From the NCBI GenBank assembly GCA_964518165.1, contig CAZFFN010000040.1, positions 14,329 through 78,328 on the forward strand: a stretch of 64,000 nucleotides of DNA, written 5' to 3'. This document shows positions 60,819-64,000 of this stretch, piece after piece; within the stretch, counting starts at the first letter, position 1, and the number at the start of each line of letters is the position of its first letter. Below the pieces are notes generated by a model, which was not told the DNA's origin, searched no databases, and saw only the letters and a list, made by a program, of their open reading frames with translations. Origin of the DNA: an uncultured Thermoplasmatales archaeon. Lineage in GTDB: Archaea > Thermoplasmatota > E2 > DHVEG-1. The position numbers were made by a program, and so were the translations under genes.

Positions 60819-61873
60819 ATAAAATGGATTCATTTGAAAAAATAACTAAGAATACTGAAGAAATAGTTAAAATAGATGAATTAAAAAAAGTACTTAAAAA
60901 AGAAAAGCCAAAGGCATATATCGGTTTTGAACCAAGTGGAACAGTTCATCTTGGTTGGAAGATCTGTACAAATAAGATAAAAGATTTTTTAGACGCTGGT
61001 TTTGATTTTACAGTACTATTGGCTGATTGGCATGCATACATTAACGATAAACTAGGCGGAGACATTGAAAAAATAAAACTCTGCGGAAGATACATGGAAG
61101 ACTGTTTTGCTGCTATGGGTGTAGATGTAGGTGCATTATCCTTTGTTTATGCAAGTGAATATGTAGGTGACCCAGATTACTGGGAATTAGTTCTTAGAAC
61201 TTCAAAAGCAACTTCAGTAAAACGTGTGAAACGTGCAATGGACATAATGGGCCGAAGTGAAGATGAAGCAGAAAGAGATCTTTCAAAATTGTTTTATCCA
61301 GCTATGCAAGTTTCAGACATTTTTTATCTAAATCTAGATGTTGCATATGGCGGTATGGATCAAAGACACGCGCATATGTTAGCTAGGGATGTTGCAAAAA
61401 AACTTGATAGAAAACCCCCTGTTGCAGTACATACTCCACTCCTTACTGGTCTTCAAGCAGGAGGGAGAATGGATCCAACTGAAGTAAAAATGAGTAAAAG
61501 TAAACCTGACTCAATGATATCTATTCATGATTCAACCAAAGCAATTAAAAGAAAGGTAAAAAAAGCATATTGCCCAGAGAAAGTTGTCGAGGGAAATCCC
61601 ATTCTTGAAATGTGTAAATATGTAATATTTCCAGAACTAAATGAAGAAGTTTTCTTAATTAAAAGACCTGAGAAATGGGGTGGAAACCTAGAATTTAAAA
61701 CATATGATGAACTATCACAAGCATTCAAAAAAGATTTACATCCTCTTGATCTAAAAAATTCAACAGCTGAGTATCTTGATAGAATAGTTGAACCTATTAG
61801 AAAATACTTTGAAAAAAATCCTGATAACTTTGAAAAGATGAAAAAACTAGGAATTATATCTATTGAGGATTAG
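60815..61873 (+). CDS. tyrS: Tyrosine--tRNA ligase
   Basis: YIGFEPSG, HLGW, YPAMQVSD, GGMDQ, KMSKS. Confidence 0.96.
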   Translation: MNKMDSFEKITKNTEEIVKIDELKKVLKKEKPKAYIGFEPSGTVHLGWKICTNKIKDFLDAGFDFTVLLADWHAYINDKLGGDIEKIKLCGRYMEDCFAAMGVDVGALSFVYASEYVGDPDYWELVLRTSKATSVKRVKRAMDIMGRSEDEAERDLSKLFYPAMQVSDIFYLNLDVAYGGMDQRHAHMLARDVAKKLDRKPPVAVHTPLLTGLQAGGRMDPTEVKMSKSKPDSMISIHDSTKAIKRKVKKAYCPEKVVEGNPILEMCKYVIFPELNEEVFLIKRPEKWGGNLEFKTYDELSQAFKKDLHPLDLKNSTAEYLDRIVEPIRKYFEKNPDNFEKMKKLGIISIED

Positions 61874-63242
61874 GATATTTTAACTCAATAATTTTTTCTG
61901 ATATTTTAAGCGATAAATATAATACAATTAGTGATGCAAAGATAAACATGCTTAAAAAAATTCCGGGATAAGTTACATTCTGCCAAATATACCCGCCTAT
62001 TATTGCAAAAGGAGATAGTAATACAAATAGTATTATTGTAACACTATAAAGTAACATTATATCTGATTTTTTCCCAACATACTTTGCTCCAAGTGGAATA
62101 GAAAGAGCGGCGCTTATTATAAATGAAAATATCAAAAGCCAGGTTACAAACAAAAGATTTTCCATTCCCATAAAAATATTTACAAAGAAAATAAAGGGAA
62201 TCGCTGTTACAAAACATAAAAGTAAGGAACTAGTTTTACCAAAAACTAACGTTTTACTATCTATCGGGTTATATCTAATCACCCACATTGTTTTTTCTTC
62301 ATTTAAAAATAGACTAAGTGAAGGAAAAACTGAGGTATAGATAACTACAATTATTACACCCATTAAAACAAAAAGCGCTGGAAGAAATTCCTCATATAAC
62401 CCTTTTAGATTTTCAGGTATCAATAGTTCAGGTCCATAAATATACAAATATCCAGTAAAAAAACCAGTTACAGCTGAAGTTGATACAAAACTTAAAAAAA
62501 GTTTATTTCGCCATAGAATCGTTGTTTCTTTGTTAAATAAGGCTCTTATCTTATTTCTCACTTTAATCTGTGTTTTATCATTAATTCTAGTTTTTCTTCT
62601 AATGTTTTGATAAGAAGAAAGAGAATGTTTCAAAGCCCAAAATAGATGTAAAAAAGCTAGAGGTGTTGTTAATACTATAAAAAAGGGGTCTTGTGACAAA
62701 AATATCCCTATCATTAGAATAACTGTTGGGATTAATCTAATTCTTTTTTCTGAGAAAAAATTTATACAGATTGTTGATCCAATGAATATTCCTGATATAA
62801 CAATTATGTTTGCAAATAAATATTCAACGGGATAATAGATATCTATTGGAAATATCATTAAGAAAAGAATAAACAGAGTTGATAGTGAGAACCATATAAA
62901 AAGATTAGTTAAAAAAACAGAGAAAAATATCTCTGAAATCGTCTTTTTTTGTTTTATCTGTGTTGATAAAGCATATGTAACTTCCTCTGGTTTTACAAAA
63001 TATTTATGCATATCAACACCTGATTTAGCGATAAATACAAAAAAAATCATAAAATAGACATCATTTAGGCTTATATCTAGAGGTGTATCAATCACTTGAA
63101 GATAAAAAGTTAAAAAAGAAAACATTAGAACTGAAAAAACCATAATTAAAGTAAAAAAAAGATAAAGAATCGGTGTTTCTCTAAATTTTGTTGATAGTTC
63201 TCTTTTAGAACTGAGAAGTACAATTTTTGTTGTTTCAAACAT
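61860..63242 (-). CDS. Putative ABC transporter permease
   Basis: Polytopic membrane protein overlapping an ABC ATPase gene. Confidence 0.7.
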   Translation of the reverse strand: MFETTKIVLLSSKRELSTKFRETPILYLFFTLIMVFSVLMFSFLTFYLQVIDTPLDISLNDVYFMIFFVFIAKSGVDMHKYFVKPEEVTYALSTQIKQKKTISEIFFSVFLTNLFIWFSLSTLFILFLMIFPIDIYYPVEYLFANIIVISGIFIGSTICINFFSEKRIRLIPTVILMIGIFLSQDPFFIVLTTPLAFLHLFWALKHSLSSYQNIRRKTRINDKTQIKVRNKIRALFNKETTILWRNKLFLSFVSTSAVTGFFTGYLYIYGPELLIPENLKGLYEEFLPALFVLMGVIIVVIYTSVFPSLSLFLNEEKTMWVIRYNPIDSKTLVFGKTSSLLLCFVTAIPFIFFVNIFMGMENLLFVTWLLIFSFIISAALSIPLGAKYVGKKSDIMLLYSVTIILFVLLSPFAIIGGYIWQNVTYPGIFLSMFIFASLIVLYLSLKISEKIIELKYPNPQ

Positions 63243-63936
63243 TTTTTAACCTATTTTCAAAATATGCTTCTTCCATATTTCCATATTTTTCAATTAAATC
63301 TTTTACTTTATCAAAAAGTGTTACTTTTCCTCTTTCAATTATATATACATAATCAGCAACTGATTCAACGAGTTTTGTCGAGTGTGTTGCAATTATTGTT
63401 GTTCCTTTTTGATTTTTGATAAACTCTTGAATTTTTTTGGATGTCAACGGATCAAGTCCGTAAACTGGTTCATCTAGTAGTAGGTTTGATGGATTATGCA
63501 TTATTGCTGATGTAATTGAGATTTTTTGTTTCATTCCTTTTGAGTATGATCCTATTTCATAGTCTAAAAAATCGTTTATTCCAATGTTGTTTGTAATTTC
63601 ATTTATTTTTTGTTCAGCTTTTTTTAATTTTCTAAGACTTGCAATATAGAATAAAAATTCTCTACCAGTTAGTCTATCATACATCTCAGGCATCTCAGGT
63701 AGGTAACCTATTCTTTCTCTTGCTTTTATTGAGTCTTTAATTATTGAGTATCCATCTATTGTAACTTTTCCCTGATCATATGTTAGAATTCCAGCACATA
63801 TCTTTAAAAGAGTTGATTTCCCGGCTCCATTTTCACCCATTATAGCAAATACTTTTGAGTCATCAAAATCAAAACTTACATTGTTTAGAGCAGTAATTTT
63901 ACCATATGCTTTTATTAGGTTTTTTATATTTATCAT
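63235..63936 (-). CDS. ABC transporter ATP-binding protein
   Basis: GENGAGKST, YSKGMKQK, LLLDEP, ATH. Confidence 0.95.
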   Translation of the reverse strand: MINIKNLIKAYGKITALNNVSFDFDDSKVFAIMGENGAGKSTLLKICAGILTYDQGKVTIDGYSIIKDSIKARERIGYLPEMPEMYDRLTGREFLFYIASLRKLKKAEQKINEITNNIGINDFLDYEIGSYSKGMKQKISITSAIMHNPSNLLLDEPVYGLDPLTSKKIQEFIKNQKGTTIIATHSTKLVESVADYVYIIERGKVTLFDKVKDLIEKYGNMEEAYFENRLKNV

Positions 63937-64000
63937 TAGAGTCAGTTAGAAAGGGTAAAAGAATAGTTGTATTAAAACTTATGAATGTAATTTATTTAGT

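Noticed and set aside
1..64000. CRISPR array, rRNA or provirus
   Set aside because: No regularly spaced repeats, rRNA-like segments, integrase or capsid genes were seen by eye.

Overview
AT-rich archaeal chromosomal segment. The gene content (PolD DP1/DP2, MCM, EF-2, Dph5, archaeosortase, archaeal SRP RNA, C25 peptidase, PKD and beta-helix secreted proteins, bacterial-type purN/folC/folP/thyX) suggests Thermoplasmatota, possibly a marine-sediment Thermoprofundales/MBG-D-like lineage; this is inference, no search was run. Most of the window is housekeeping: purF, purN, purB, rps12-rps7-fusA, mcm, polD, thyX, trm1, tyrS, a 10-gene Mrp/Mbh-type membrane module, folate genes, tRNA-Cys and SRP RNA. 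Mobile or decayed parts are LAGLIDADG inteins in EF-2 and DP2, a broken ISH3/IS4-like transposase, a hicB-hicA pair with truncated toxin, and three genes split at homopolymers. No CRISPR array or rRNA was seen. The best leads are: (1) a tRNA-Cys gene lying in frame inside the 5' end of a phospholipase D ORF, whose signal-peptide-like segment is encoded by the tRNA 3' half and T-rich trailer; (2) a HerA ATPase fused to an endonuclease III-type [4Fe-4S] domain; (3) an EamA transporter fused to an Lrp/AsnC ligand-binding domain and coupled to a stand-alone copy of that domain; (4) an Mbh-like membrane arm with no redox subunits; (5) a stand-alone putative dihydropteroate-reductase domain before folP; (6) recurrent inverted repeats that include the stop codon at gene ends.
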